A program made the position numbers and the translations under genes. Below are positions 13,884 to 25,969 of a DNA stretch of 64,000 nucleotides, one piece after another. Source of the stretch: Octopus bimaculoides. Taxonomy: Eukaryota. Below the pieces are notes generated by a model. The model saw nothing but the letters and a program-made list of their open reading frames with translations, ran no database searches and was not told where the DNA came from. The stretch is from NCBI RefSeq assembly GCF_001194135.2, contig NC_068987.1, positions 28,003,019-28,067,018 of the forward strand, in the 5' to 3' direction. Every line of letters starts with the position of its first letter. Position 1 is the first letter of the stretch.

Positions 13884-14075
13884 TATATTGTTATATTTCA
13901 GGACGGTCATATTTTTTCTTTAATTTTTTTGCCAAATAGACACATGCACTATATATTTGTTCCTCATTCATTTATTACTGTTCTTATTCTAACTCATGTC
14001 CATTGTCTGGAAACCTTTCCTCACACATCTGTGACCTTTTCAGCGACACTTACAAGCATGAAAAACAGGCTGTTA
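13884..14075. repeat. Interspersed repeat family E, copy 1
   Basis: attgttatatttcaggacggtcat...gacacatgcactatatatt...ctcatgtccattgtctggaaacc matches 59200-59323 and, inverted, 59406-59455. Confidence 0.7.
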
Positions 14076-14463
14076 AAATGAAAATGATATATATGTGTAT
14101 ATATACATACGTACACACACACACCACGCACACATGTATATATATATATATATATATACAAACACACATCTATGTATTTGTCTATCTCATCTGTTGGAGA
14201 CATAGTAGGGAAAACTGCTGTGCTGATGACGACTACTGAGACAAAAACATGTCCACGACTGCCCTTTTGTCTAACTGTCTTTTCTTTAATGTTATGTCAT
14301 TCTCAGAGAATTCCTGATTCCTGAGATTATCTTGCCTCTCCATTTTGAATTGTTCACAACTGCTGCAAGTCATTATTTACTCTTGTCTCAACGGGAAGAC
14401 AATTTCCATAAATCAAGAACTTTTCTCATATGGTATTTGATATATCTTTATTTACACACACAC

Positions 14464-14507
<44 letters not shown>

Positions 14508-14984
14508 GTGAAACAATAGGTATGTATATGCATTTGCAAGTAAGGATTGTATGAAAAATAACACATGTGTGTGAAGTGTGTGTACATGTTTATTCCAGCC
14601 TCTATGCAAAAATCACAAAGCTAAGGACTAGAAGAAATGAAATTGTTCCACTGGGAATATCAAACTTTCAAACTTTTTTCTGCAGTCTCAGTACACTTCG
14701 AATCAAGTGCTTATTCACATGATGCAGATGTAACTTTTCCTCTCTCAATTTCTCTCCCTTTCTCTTACATTTATGCGTATACGCATGTATGTAGACATAC
14801 GTTTATAAAGACATGTGTATATGCTTATGTATGTATAAGTGAGTGTGTATGTTTGTGTGTATATATGTATATATATATATATATATATATACGTGTGTGT
14901 GTGTGTGTGTGTATAGAAAGAGAGAGAGATAAACAGATAGATAGATACCTAGATAGATGTATATAAGTAACTATCTATATTCAT

Positions 14985-15152
14985 ATGTATATGTACATAT
15001 ATATACATATATATATATACATATATATATACATATACATATATATATACATATATATATACATATATATATACATATATATATACATATATATATACAT
15101 ATATATACATATATATACATATATATACATATATATACATATATAAATATAN
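14985..15152. repeat. Compound (ATATATAC)n-type satellite running into a gap
   Basis: Direct reading. Confidence 0.9.
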
Positions 15153-15427
15153 NNNNNNNNNNNNNNNNNNNNNNNNNNNNNNNNNNNNNNNNNNNNNNNN
15201 NNNNNNNNNNNNNNNNNNNNNNNNNNNNNNNNNNNNNNNNNNNNNNNNNNNNNNNNNNNNNNNNNNNNNNNNNNNNNNNNNNNNNNNNNNNNNNNNNNNN
15301 NNNNNNNNNNNNNNNNNNNNNNNNNNNNNNNNNNNNNNNNNNNNNNNNNNNNNNNNNNNNNNNNNNNNNNNNNNNNNNNNNNNNNNNNNNNNNNNATATA
15401 TATATACATATATATATATATATACAC

Positions 15428-15499
<72 letters not shown>

Positions 15500-16351
15500 A
15501 TGTATATATGTATGCATGTATGCATGCATGTATATGAAGCACATACATATGTATTAGTCCTCATCTCAGAATTACAGAACCGCAAAACACATATATACCC
15601 ATACAATATTAATCTTAGCTTTCACTACTTCTTCTACATCAGATATCTTAACTTTATAAACACAATTGAAGAAATTAATGAGACACAAACGAAACAAACT
15701 TTAATGTATAAGGCCATACGTTTATTAAGTATTTTCCCATTACACTGATGTCAAGGGACTAAATTCAATTACCTCAATGTCTATATAAATTTAGTTTGGG
15801 TTTATAAAATTCGTCTGGTGTTGGATATATGTAATTCTCCTGTTAATGATTGCAGAATAACACCTACTTAGTTTTCAATTTCTGGCTTAACAGTTTGACT
15901 TAGTGTGTTTGTAAATGTGCCATCACTATCATAGCACATTTACATCATCATCATCACGACCATCATCATCATCATCTTTATCGTGATCATAATCATGATT
16001 TTTTTTTTTAACGTGCATGTTTCATACTAACATGAGTTAGATAGGTCTTCACAGTCTCACTCAGTTCTTACACAGATTTACTCCCTTCCAATCCTATATT
16101 GGTTGAAGAACTTCGTTCAGCTCACACATTCCATTTTTTAGCCTAGTTTCTATGGATGGGTTTCATTTCTAACACTCGAAGGAAAATACTTTCATGCATG
16201 GCAAGTATCAACTGACTTAATTCACTTTTATAGCGTTTCACTTTATAAAACATATATTCATACTCATGTATTGGGTTCAGTTTTTCCTGTTTGTCACATC
16301 AAATCTCTCAATTTGTATGTGTGTGTGTGTGTGTGTGTGTACATTGGTTAG

Positions 16352-16580
16352 TTGTTAGGGAGTTGCACTCATGATTGTAAGGTTATGGTTTCAGTACCTG
16401 AACTAGGTGAAGCATTGTGTCCTTGAGCAAAACACTTCTTATCACATTGCTCCAGTCCATTCACCTGGTAAAAATAAATAATCCTGCAATGGATTGGTGT
16501 CCTGTCCAGGTGGAGAATATATACACCACATAATCTGGGGAACTGGTGATATGAGTCTATCATTCAGGAAAGACCTTTCA
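16352..16580 (+). mobile_element. SINE family C, decayed
   Basis: ggttagttgttagggagttgcactcatgattgtaagg...gtccttgagcaaaacacttc...gctccagtccattcacctgg; reverse complement of 40347-40594. Confidence 0.75.
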
Positions 16581-16640
16581 TTGTTTCTTATGATATATAT
16601 ATTTAAAAATATAATATGTGACAGTTGGTTGTCATAATAA

Positions 16641-16696
16641 AATTCAGAGTTTCAGATACCGGAGCTGAAGTCTGCTCCAGTATCTCATCAGTGATT
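16641..16696 (-). ncRNA. Hammerhead-ribozyme-like motif, helix III apparently deleted
   Basis: Minus strand: AATCA-CTGATGA-GATACTGGAGC-agacttca-GCTCCGGTATC-T-GAAAC-TC-TGAATT; 11-bp helix II (one G-U), helix I AATCA/TGA(A)TT. Confidence 0.55.
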
Positions 16697-18810
16697 AAGA
16701 CAAAACACTATGAAAAAAAAAGCTGTTGAATAAAGTAAAATTACTCCAATAGGTATGGTGAAAGTAATACTTCAATCATAGAATCCACATACACACACAC
16801 ATATACTCACACACACACACACACATATTTATGTATATTTATCTATATACATACTCACACACGGGTGTACATATACATACAAACACACATATATACATAT
16901 ATGTGTGTCTACGCATACATGCGCATACACATGTGTATATATATATCCATGTACGCATCACTACAATTGTAACTTTTATAGCTGTAATAGATGATATATT
17001 GTCGGATATTGTCAGGAAAAATAAGTATATTTTCAGTCTTGAATTATGAAATGACTCATTTGAAGACTATGTTTAGGAATTTTCAAACATAAACAAACAA
17101 CTAATTAGGGCACATATTTCATGTAATTAAAAATTTATCGTTTAAAATTTAGCTAATATTGAACGTTGAGATGCTGTTAAAACAACAAATTTATTTGAAA
17201 AATAGATCTGTTATATTTAAATTGAGACTTTATACATATATATTGAGGAACTTTTTATCAGTATATTTGGTTAAACCTAGTTGACACCTGGATTGTTTTT
17301 AACAATCTCTTACAAGGATATTGGCTCCTCGAATTTGTGTTTATATATATATATACACGCATATACACATACACACACACACAGACACATGCACACATAC
17401 ACACTCACAATTGCACATATGCTTATATACATGTGTATGCAAAGGCACACACATAAATGCAAAGGCACATAGAATTTTATTATAAATGTGATTCTTCTCT
17501 TAACATTGAGTTTCCTGCATCACCACTAACAGAGTTGTATTTATAGAATTCCTTCAAAATAACCATCCATCTAAATTAATATATACACACATATAAATAT
17601 ATAAACAAATGCATGTATGCATGTTTGCATATGATTATATATATANNNNNNNNNNNNNNNNNNNNNNNNNNNNNNNNNNNNNNNNNNNNNNNNNNNNNNN
17701 NNNNNNNNNNNNNNNNNNNNNNNNNNNNNNNNNNNNNNNNNNNNNNNNNNNNNNNNNNNNNNNNNNNNNNNNNNNNNNNNNNNNNNNNNNNNNNNNNNNN
17801 NNNNNNNNNNNNNNNNNNNNNNNNNNNNNNNNNNNNNNNNNNNNNNNNNNNNNNNNNNNNNTATATATATATATATATATATTATAGGCAGAGAGCAAGT
17901 ACTCTAGTGAAATTGAGAAACAAACGTATCTACAACAGCCATAATTATTACTGTAAATGATGTAAACTATATTGCAAAAAATACTCTAAAGAACTATTCT
18001 ACAATTTTTATTAAAATAACTCTAATATAACATAGGTTTACATTTATATCTTTCTGTAAATTATTATATTCTATTGTATTTTCAGATACAACAAACACTG
18101 TTTATCATTGTTCACCAGAGTAGCTGGTACAACTGAATATAAGGGATAAAAACAATAGTGAAATGTATAGAGAAAGTCATGAAACAATATGTAAACACCA
18201 TATTCTCCTGGTAATTGTCTTGAGAGGTTTGTAACTATAAAATAACTTTAAGAAAATGTCCATAACAAAATAAGATAATCAAAATTGTACTTAACAAACA
18301 AATAGCAAAAACCCAACCAAAAACTAAAAACAAAGAAAGCAATTTTTTGATAAAAATATGTATGTATATGTTGCTGTTGTTCTTTAGCATTGGTGTGTAT
18401 TTGTTTAGAGAGACATAAATAGACATGCATATTACTGTTTCTGTTGTATGATTATCCCTACCATTCACCATCCCCTAAGATATACATGAGCTTATACATA
18501 TGCATGTATGTATGTATGTATGCATGCATGTATTCATGTATGTTTGGATGCATATACATAAGTATGTATGTATATATACGCAGATGCATATTCCTATACA
18601 GATATGCAGTTAAATATATTGTAAAAAACATACACTGAAGAATTATAACACAAAAATTATAACAACAGACACATATATATATATTGGTAGTCACACTTAT
18701 AGAAATGTACTTATATTTGTGTCTGACTATAATTATACACTTAAATGAATATCAATAAACACACACACACATATTTATATACGTGAGTATGTGTGTGTGT
18801 ATGTGTATAT

Positions 18811-18869
<59 letters not shown>

Positions 18870-19882
18870 CATACATATATACATATATATACATACATAC
18901 ATATATATATATATGTATATATATGTGTGTGCGTATATACATGTAGAGAGAGAGGATACTAATATGCATACACAAACTTACACATAAATGTATATACATG
19001 TATGTATAGGTATATTCATACATGTTTGAATAACATAACTATACCGATTGCATGAATATACATGCATGCCTATATACATACATATGCACATACATATAAT
19101 GTAGGTATATATATGTACATACATACATAGTTATAAATATCTACACAGTCCCAAACAAAAACTGATTGTTATGGTGTTGAAATTTTCTGAATTTTCTATC
19201 CTCTTGGGATGCTGAGTAAAATTGTCATATGTTAAACTTTATGAGATATTCTCCGCTCAACAGCTTTATTTTAAAAGAAATTGCAATAAGTAAATACATA
19301 AACAGATAGATAGATTGACAAGTAAACAGATAAGTAAATAAATATCTAGATAGATAAAACACATAGAGGAAACTCAAAATATTTCTGTTTTTTAATAGAA
19401 AGTCTAAGCAAAGTCAGGGAGTTAACATTTTACATCATTCAATTGAGGATGTTGATAATGAAATATCATTAGTTTAAAGAGGAAAATTCATAATATATGG
19501 TTTTAGTTGTTTATTTGTTAGTGTTATTTAAGTTTAGCCCCAGGTTAACTTAGATTAATCAAGCCAATGATCAAAAGAGCCCTTCTTATCTGTCTCTTTT
19601 TCTCTTTTGTTAGACTTATTGTTGTCTTATATTATTTGTTTGATAAGATAGTAGGGTGTGTTGGTTCTAACTAGCAGAGGGAGAAAGAAAGAGATGGAGG
19701 TGAGAGTGGGGAGAAGAGTGAGTGGGGGAGGGAGCAGGGAAGAAGAGAGAGAGCACTAGAGGGTGTAGTGGTGAGATCAAAAATAAAAAAATAAAACAGG
19801 ATAAAATAACAAAAGTCAATTAGATGTATGCAGTGAATATATCAGATTGACACTCAGTTTTAGATGGGGAAAATAAGTGTGG

Positions 19883-19917
19883 AAATGGCGTTCCAAGTAT
19901 GGTTCTTCATCAGAAAG
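19883..19917 (-). ncRNA. Decayed hammerhead-like motif related to 28955-28989
   Basis: Minus strand: TTT-CTGATGA-AGAACCATACTT-GGAAC-GCC; about 21/31 identity to the 28.9-kb motif by hand alignment. Confidence 0.3.
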
Positions 19918-20571
19918 CGGCCTATGTTGGCGTGTCTAAAGATTTAGTTTTTACCACCGCTAAAAATTGATCAGGGCTATGTTTGTATTTTAATGGGTAT
20001 ATAAACCCACATTGCCTTTAACTCATTTACTCATGTTTTTTTTTTCTCTATTCGAAAACTATTGCAACTTACATATGATACTAAACCAATTAGCAAAGGC
20101 ATGGTGCTTGCTACCATGCTATTTTTACTGACAAGTGATGTACACTACAATTCTAATTCAATATGTTTATGCCTAGTAAAATGGAACTACCTACTTTGGT
20201 GGGGTGGGGTAGGAAAGCCATTTCATTCTCATTAGTTATATTCATAATTCATCCGATATGTGGTTTCATGTACCCCAATGTATTGCTTTGTCTGTCTTTG
20301 TGCTGTTCCCTCTATGTTATAGCTGTAGTGCCAAAATAAAGAGAGTATCTAAGAATAAGAATGCACCCTTTGAAGTACTTTGATACAGTTGCCATTTATA
20401 AGGCTTTTGATTGCTCTAAGGCCATGGTAGTAGATATTTTTCTAAGGTGTTCAACAGTGACTCAATGAAGTTTACAAAGTGAGATCTTTAGTCATGCAGC
20501 AATACTTACTCCTTGGAAAAGCCAATAATGTATATTCTACTAACGAGAATGTACTACATCACTCTTGTATT

Positions 20572-20820
20572 TTTATTTTCTTTTACTTGTTTCACTCCTT
20601 AGACTGCGGTCATACTGGGGCACTGGCTTGAAGAGCTTTAGGCTAACAAATTACACTAGGACTTATTTTTCTTTAAGCCTAGTACTATTCTATCAGTTTC
20701 TTTTGCCAAACTGCTAAGTTATAGGGACATAAGCACACCAACATTATTAAATGGTAGTGGGTGACAAACACAGATAAAAAGACACATGCATATAGATATA
20801 TACCTATATATGTGTGGGTC

Positions 20821-20862
<42 letters not shown>

Positions 20863-20888
20863 CATATATGTGTGTGTGTGTGTGTATG

Positions 20889-20931
<43 letters not shown>

Positions 20932-21101
20932 ATATATACATATATATACAACAGAATTCTTTCAGTTTCCGTCTACCAAATCATCTCACAAGGCTTTGGT
21001 TGGCCCAAGGCTATAATAGAAGACATTTGCTTAAGGTGTCATGCAGTGGGGATGAACCCAGAACCATGAGATTGGCAAGCAAACTTCTAACCACACAGCT
21101 A
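20572..21101 (-). mobile_element. SINE family A, full length with expanded internal (TG/TA)n
   Basis: Tail and head match the family; internal tract ~180 bp. Confidence 0.85.
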
Positions 21102-24100
21102 CACTGTGTCTATGCTCATGATAATTAACTATTGCTTATTTAATTTGCTAAATTGCAAAGCAGAATTATAAATTGGGTGTAATTCTCATAAATTGTTAAA
21201 TGTTTTGATTATAGGAAAATTTAGTGCCCATCAAGGAATGTGAACCAATGTGTCTTGTGGATAGTTTGATAATGTATGAAATTAACCATATAAAGACTTT
21301 TACGTTTTGGTATAATCTCTCAGTTCTATCATATTGTTGCTAATTTGAATATTTTAGGAATAGTAGTGTTTACAATTTAACTGCTTCAACCTAATAACCA
21401 CTGAAGTGAGAATTTTTTTACTGATAATTACTTTTGAGATGAGTGTTGTATGTGTGTCAGCAAAAAGGTCAGTTCATTGAAGAACAGAAAAGCAAAAATA
21501 ATTCTTTAGAAAATGAGGAAATGATTTCTGAATAAGATCCTTGCACAACTTGAAAATTCTCCTGACTTGAAACACACCATGTTATCATCATCTATTTTTG
21601 TTCTTTATTCAACCCATTTTTTTTTTCCTTGTAGAACAGATTTAAGGAAATAAAGTTATGTAACTATTACAAGTCTTGATCTCGTGAACAAGGTTTAATA
21701 TCAGTAGCATAGCTCTTTAACATCTCAGTGATTGAATGTGTCTATGTGCTATTTATAAAGTGTATTAAAACAAATGTATAATGCCTCTTTTATGCAATAA
21801 AATAAAAGAATATCACATGGATTTTAGTTGTTGGGCACCTAAAGCAAAGCTGTAGCAAGGAAATGAGCATTCCTATCAACCTCACCATATTTTCCTGATT
21901 TTGAATTAGCAAGACAAATGTAGAATAAATTTTATCTAAATTCTTTTGCAAAGATTCACTGTACTTCTACTACAGTATACAGCATGAGGCTTTTCCTGAC
22001 TCTTTCTTTTCTGATTCTAAGAAGAAGAGATTTGTTTTATATCAGTTTCTCTCACCTTCAATCAGAATTCTTCTGGGATTGCAGTATTTTCAACATTTCA
22101 TTTAACTGACATCTGCAAGTTGATATTCCCACAGGTGTTTTTCTTTTTTTAACTTTCTGGACATTTTCTCATCTTACGCAGATTTGCCAAAAGGTCTAAT
22201 TTGCAAAATTATTATGCTGACTTTTGAACTTTTATCAGCATCATAAGAACTAATGGTCAATTCTTTTAATATTTTTTTTCTCCATCTTTTTGATATTCTA
22301 TATTATGGGGAATTATTTTTCCCATGACACACCAAATGAAAGGTCAAAGGATATAAAAAGTAAAGCTGAATATTTGACAAGTTATGCATGCTTTTTTTTT
22401 CTTTTCTCTCTTATGTTTTATTATTTTGGTTACACAAAATGGTAAACTGAAGTACTTCTAAACATATGTCTCCTCAGCCAACATTGTTATATTTACTACC
22501 TACCCTCATTTTCTTCGTCATCGTCGTCATCATCATTGTCACCATCAATTTTTACATCATTTTGTGTATTAGTTTATCAATGTTAGCAGTCTTTATATAT
22601 GTCTTCACCTTGCATTATTTCTTCTATGAGGTTCAATTTCAGGTTACATTCTGCCTTTAAGTGACATTAGATGCTGAGCATTACCTATACTTGTGAATTG
22701 GATTAAAATCAGTTTCGATAATAATGATAGAAAAGGCAGGGTACCATATAATCTTAGAACTGTCTGTCTTAATCTCTCTTTTCTTTCCTCTCACATTTCC
22801 TCTCCCATTACCATTTTTTAAAATTAACTCTGTCCATCTCTCTCTCTTTTTACTCTTGCTTTCTAGTGTTTCAGTATAAACTTCACCACCACCATAATCA
22901 TCATTATCCTTTCTAAGTTTTTTTAAAATTTTCTCTTACACTTTTTATTCCTCTAACCTCCTCTATCTTTCTCCATTCTCTATTATTAGCAACAGTGTCA
23001 CCAATACCATAGCCCCCATTATCATTACTACTAACTGTTTCTTTCTTACCCTAGCTCAGTTACTTCCCTTAAGGAGACACAAGAAGTTTGGACATGGGTT
23101 TAAACATACTAAAGTCTAATCATATAGATTATTGTCATCATTATCAACCTCATCTTCAGCAAAACAAATTACTATTATCATCATTATTATTGCTACAACT
23201 ACTACTACTACTATTATTATTATTATTATTACTGAGTGAGAGAGCAGCAAATGCCATCAAAGTGGCACTGGGGTAAAATATATGAAGAATATTTGCTGTA
23301 GCCCATCTTTTACATCAAAACAAAACACTATTATCATTGTTGTTGTTATTGTTGCTATTAAGGTGGCCAACTTGCCAAATTGTTAGCACATGAAACAAAC
23401 TGCTTATTGGCATTTTGTCTGTCTTTACATTTACTCACACACACATACACAGTCATAACTGCACTTTAAGCAAAAGGATCAACTTTATGAACAGTTGGTT
23501 GGAGGAGTTAAAGAAGTCATAAGTTGCCATAGCTAGGAAGGTTGTGATGTAACATCACTGAATGTGGCAGCAGAGAAATACCAAAGAGTCATGACCCAGA
23601 TGCATTGCAACCTCCTTAATGTGTAAGGAGTTAGGGCACTAAACACTTGTATGAATCAAGCTTCTTTTCTGGAGGCTTTCGACTATGCAGTTCTCTCTAC
23701 AGCTTCTTACTACCTATTTGTGCAAAAGGCATGTGTATGCATGTATGCATATTTATGTATACCTTTTAACTTAAATGAATAAAACACAACTCTGATTTAA
23801 AGAATGTGAATCATTTAATTATATCAGGTGATGTTTTTTTTTATTAACTTCTTTTATTCAAGAAGGAATACGTTTACCTGTCTGTACTATACAAAAACAG
23901 ATCCAACCCCCACACACAGCACATGCATATACAAACACACACACACATATACATGTGTGTGTGCATATGTATATCTATTTCTTCATGTATATAATATATA
24001 TATATATACATATATATATACACACACAGAATGTTAAAAAAATATGACGGTGTGTGGCATTACATCAAATAATATGTTAAAAATATATATAGAAGTATAA

Positions 24101-24771
24101 ATAAATAGAACAAATGGAAAATACACTTTCTGTCATGTTTGGTCCTTTGTTTGTTTGCTTCCTACTTCTTGCCACGAAAAGGGACCAATATTATCGTTAA
24201 AGGTGTAAAACTGCTGCAGTTCTTTGGATGATAACTGAAGGAGGATTTAGCAACATTCAATGTGTGTATTTTCTGCTTGTTCCATTTGTTTGTACTTCTA
24301 TATATTTTTTAAATATATTATTTAATATAACGCCATGCACACCATTATGTTCTTAACATTCAGTATGTGTGTGCATGTATATATGTATATCTATCTATCT
24401 ATCTATCTATATATATATATGTATATATATATAGATAGATAGATAGATAGATAGGAACAATATTCTGTATTTTCCACCTTTCTGTTTCTTTGTACTACTA
24501 CAAATTTGTATGCGCATAGACAGATACACTCACACACACACATACAAACACTTATATATATATATATATATGATTGGATGCAGTTAATGCATGTCAATTA
24601 AACCATTCAGGTTTCAGCTCTAATGTAATCATTTTAAATTCCCACCAATACATGTATGCACATTTCCTCCTTGATCGAAGATGTGTTTTGGGATAATACA
24701 AAGTGTGCAACAATAATATTAAAAAAGGAATATCGGCATTGACTTGGTACAATTTTATTCCATCTGTTACA

Positions 24772-25170
24772 TATGAGGGGGTGCTGAAAAGTTTCTGGCT
24801 TTGGGTAACAGAAAATAAAGGAGGATCAGTTAGTTATGATTTTATTACCTCCAACAAGAAAGGAAGTTATGTTTTCATCGGCGTTGGTTTGTCTGTCTGT
24901 GTGCAAAATAACTCAAAATGTTGTGAACGGTATTTGATGAAACTTGCAGAAAAAGTTGGTAATGGCACAAGGAACAGATGATGAAATGTTGGTAGTGATC
25001 CGTGAATTTTTATGGATTCTTGTTCAACATACTCCCTTTCTCAGATTCACACACTTATTGCGGTACTCCTTCAGTTTTCCTAAGCCCTGCAAAAGAACTC
25101 AGAAGGTCGGGCCTCTAACTTGGCCTTTTGCAATACCCTTGTAGCCAGGAACTTTCCAGCAGCCCTCATA
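24772..25170. mobile_element. Mariner-type MITE (family M) interrupted by an insertion
   Basis: ~28-bp TIRs tatgagggggtgctgaaaagtttctggct / agccaggaactttccagcagccctcata with TA ends; sister copies at 30734, 48946, 62163. Confidence 0.85.
24843..25019 (+). mobile_element. Non-autonomous Helentron/DINE-1-like element nested in the MITE
   Basis: tattacctccaacaagaaaggaagttatgttttcatcggcg, gtctgtctgt microsatellite and gatcc...ggattc 3' hairpin; inserted in the T-run of tatgattttattcaac (intact in sister MITEs); no TSD seen. Confidence 0.6.
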
Positions 25171-25785
25171 TGTTTTAGTATTCTGCAACACATGCACACT
25201 ATCAATGCAATCAGTAGATGCACCCTATGGCATCCACATGGTAAGCAAACACATCATCATTTTATAGTATTCAGTATGATGGCTGGCTGGTTGGTTAGTT
25301 GGTTGATTTATTTCTTCTGCCACACCTTACATCATATAGAGAGTGGGGGAAAGAGAGTAAAATTGAGATACAGAGAGAGTTGGCATAAGTGGTGCAAGAT
25401 GAGTGTTATAACATTATGAAGAATAAACATTTTTTTTTATGAGCAAAGCATAAATAGATTTTCAATGGAGTAGATTGCAATTATGTTGATAAAAATTTAG
25501 AAAATTGATACTATATATTTATTGCAAATATACAAATGAGAAATTTGTTTTTATTTAATTTTATTTAAAGGTAATAAATATTTTTCTTTTGAAAATTAGT
25601 ATTCGTTTCATCATTTTGTATAAGTACTCAGAAATTTGATAACAGTTAAATTACAGTTAATGTCTATATGCCATGCCATATTTCCTGATATTACCCACAG
25701 AAGGAAAAGTATAAAAGTATAATTTCAAAGCTACATGTTTTATGATGGGTAACAGTCTAGCATATATGTATACATACATACATGC

Positions 25786-25831
<46 letters not shown>

Positions 25832-25873
25832 ATTATATATCTATCTATCTCTCTATCTCTCTCTCAATATATA

Positions 25874-25946
<73 letters not shown>

Positions 25947-25969
25947 GGGTTATGGAATGGAGTATATAT

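Noticed and set aside
14218-14257. Hammerhead-like GTG-CTGATGA...GAGAC...GTC-CAC
   Set aside because: No helix II can be drawn and GAAA is mutated; at best a very decayed trace
19862-19970. Plus-strand exon-like frame after tttttag (DGENKCGNGVPSMV...)
   Set aside because: Better explained as a decayed repeat related to 28850-29045
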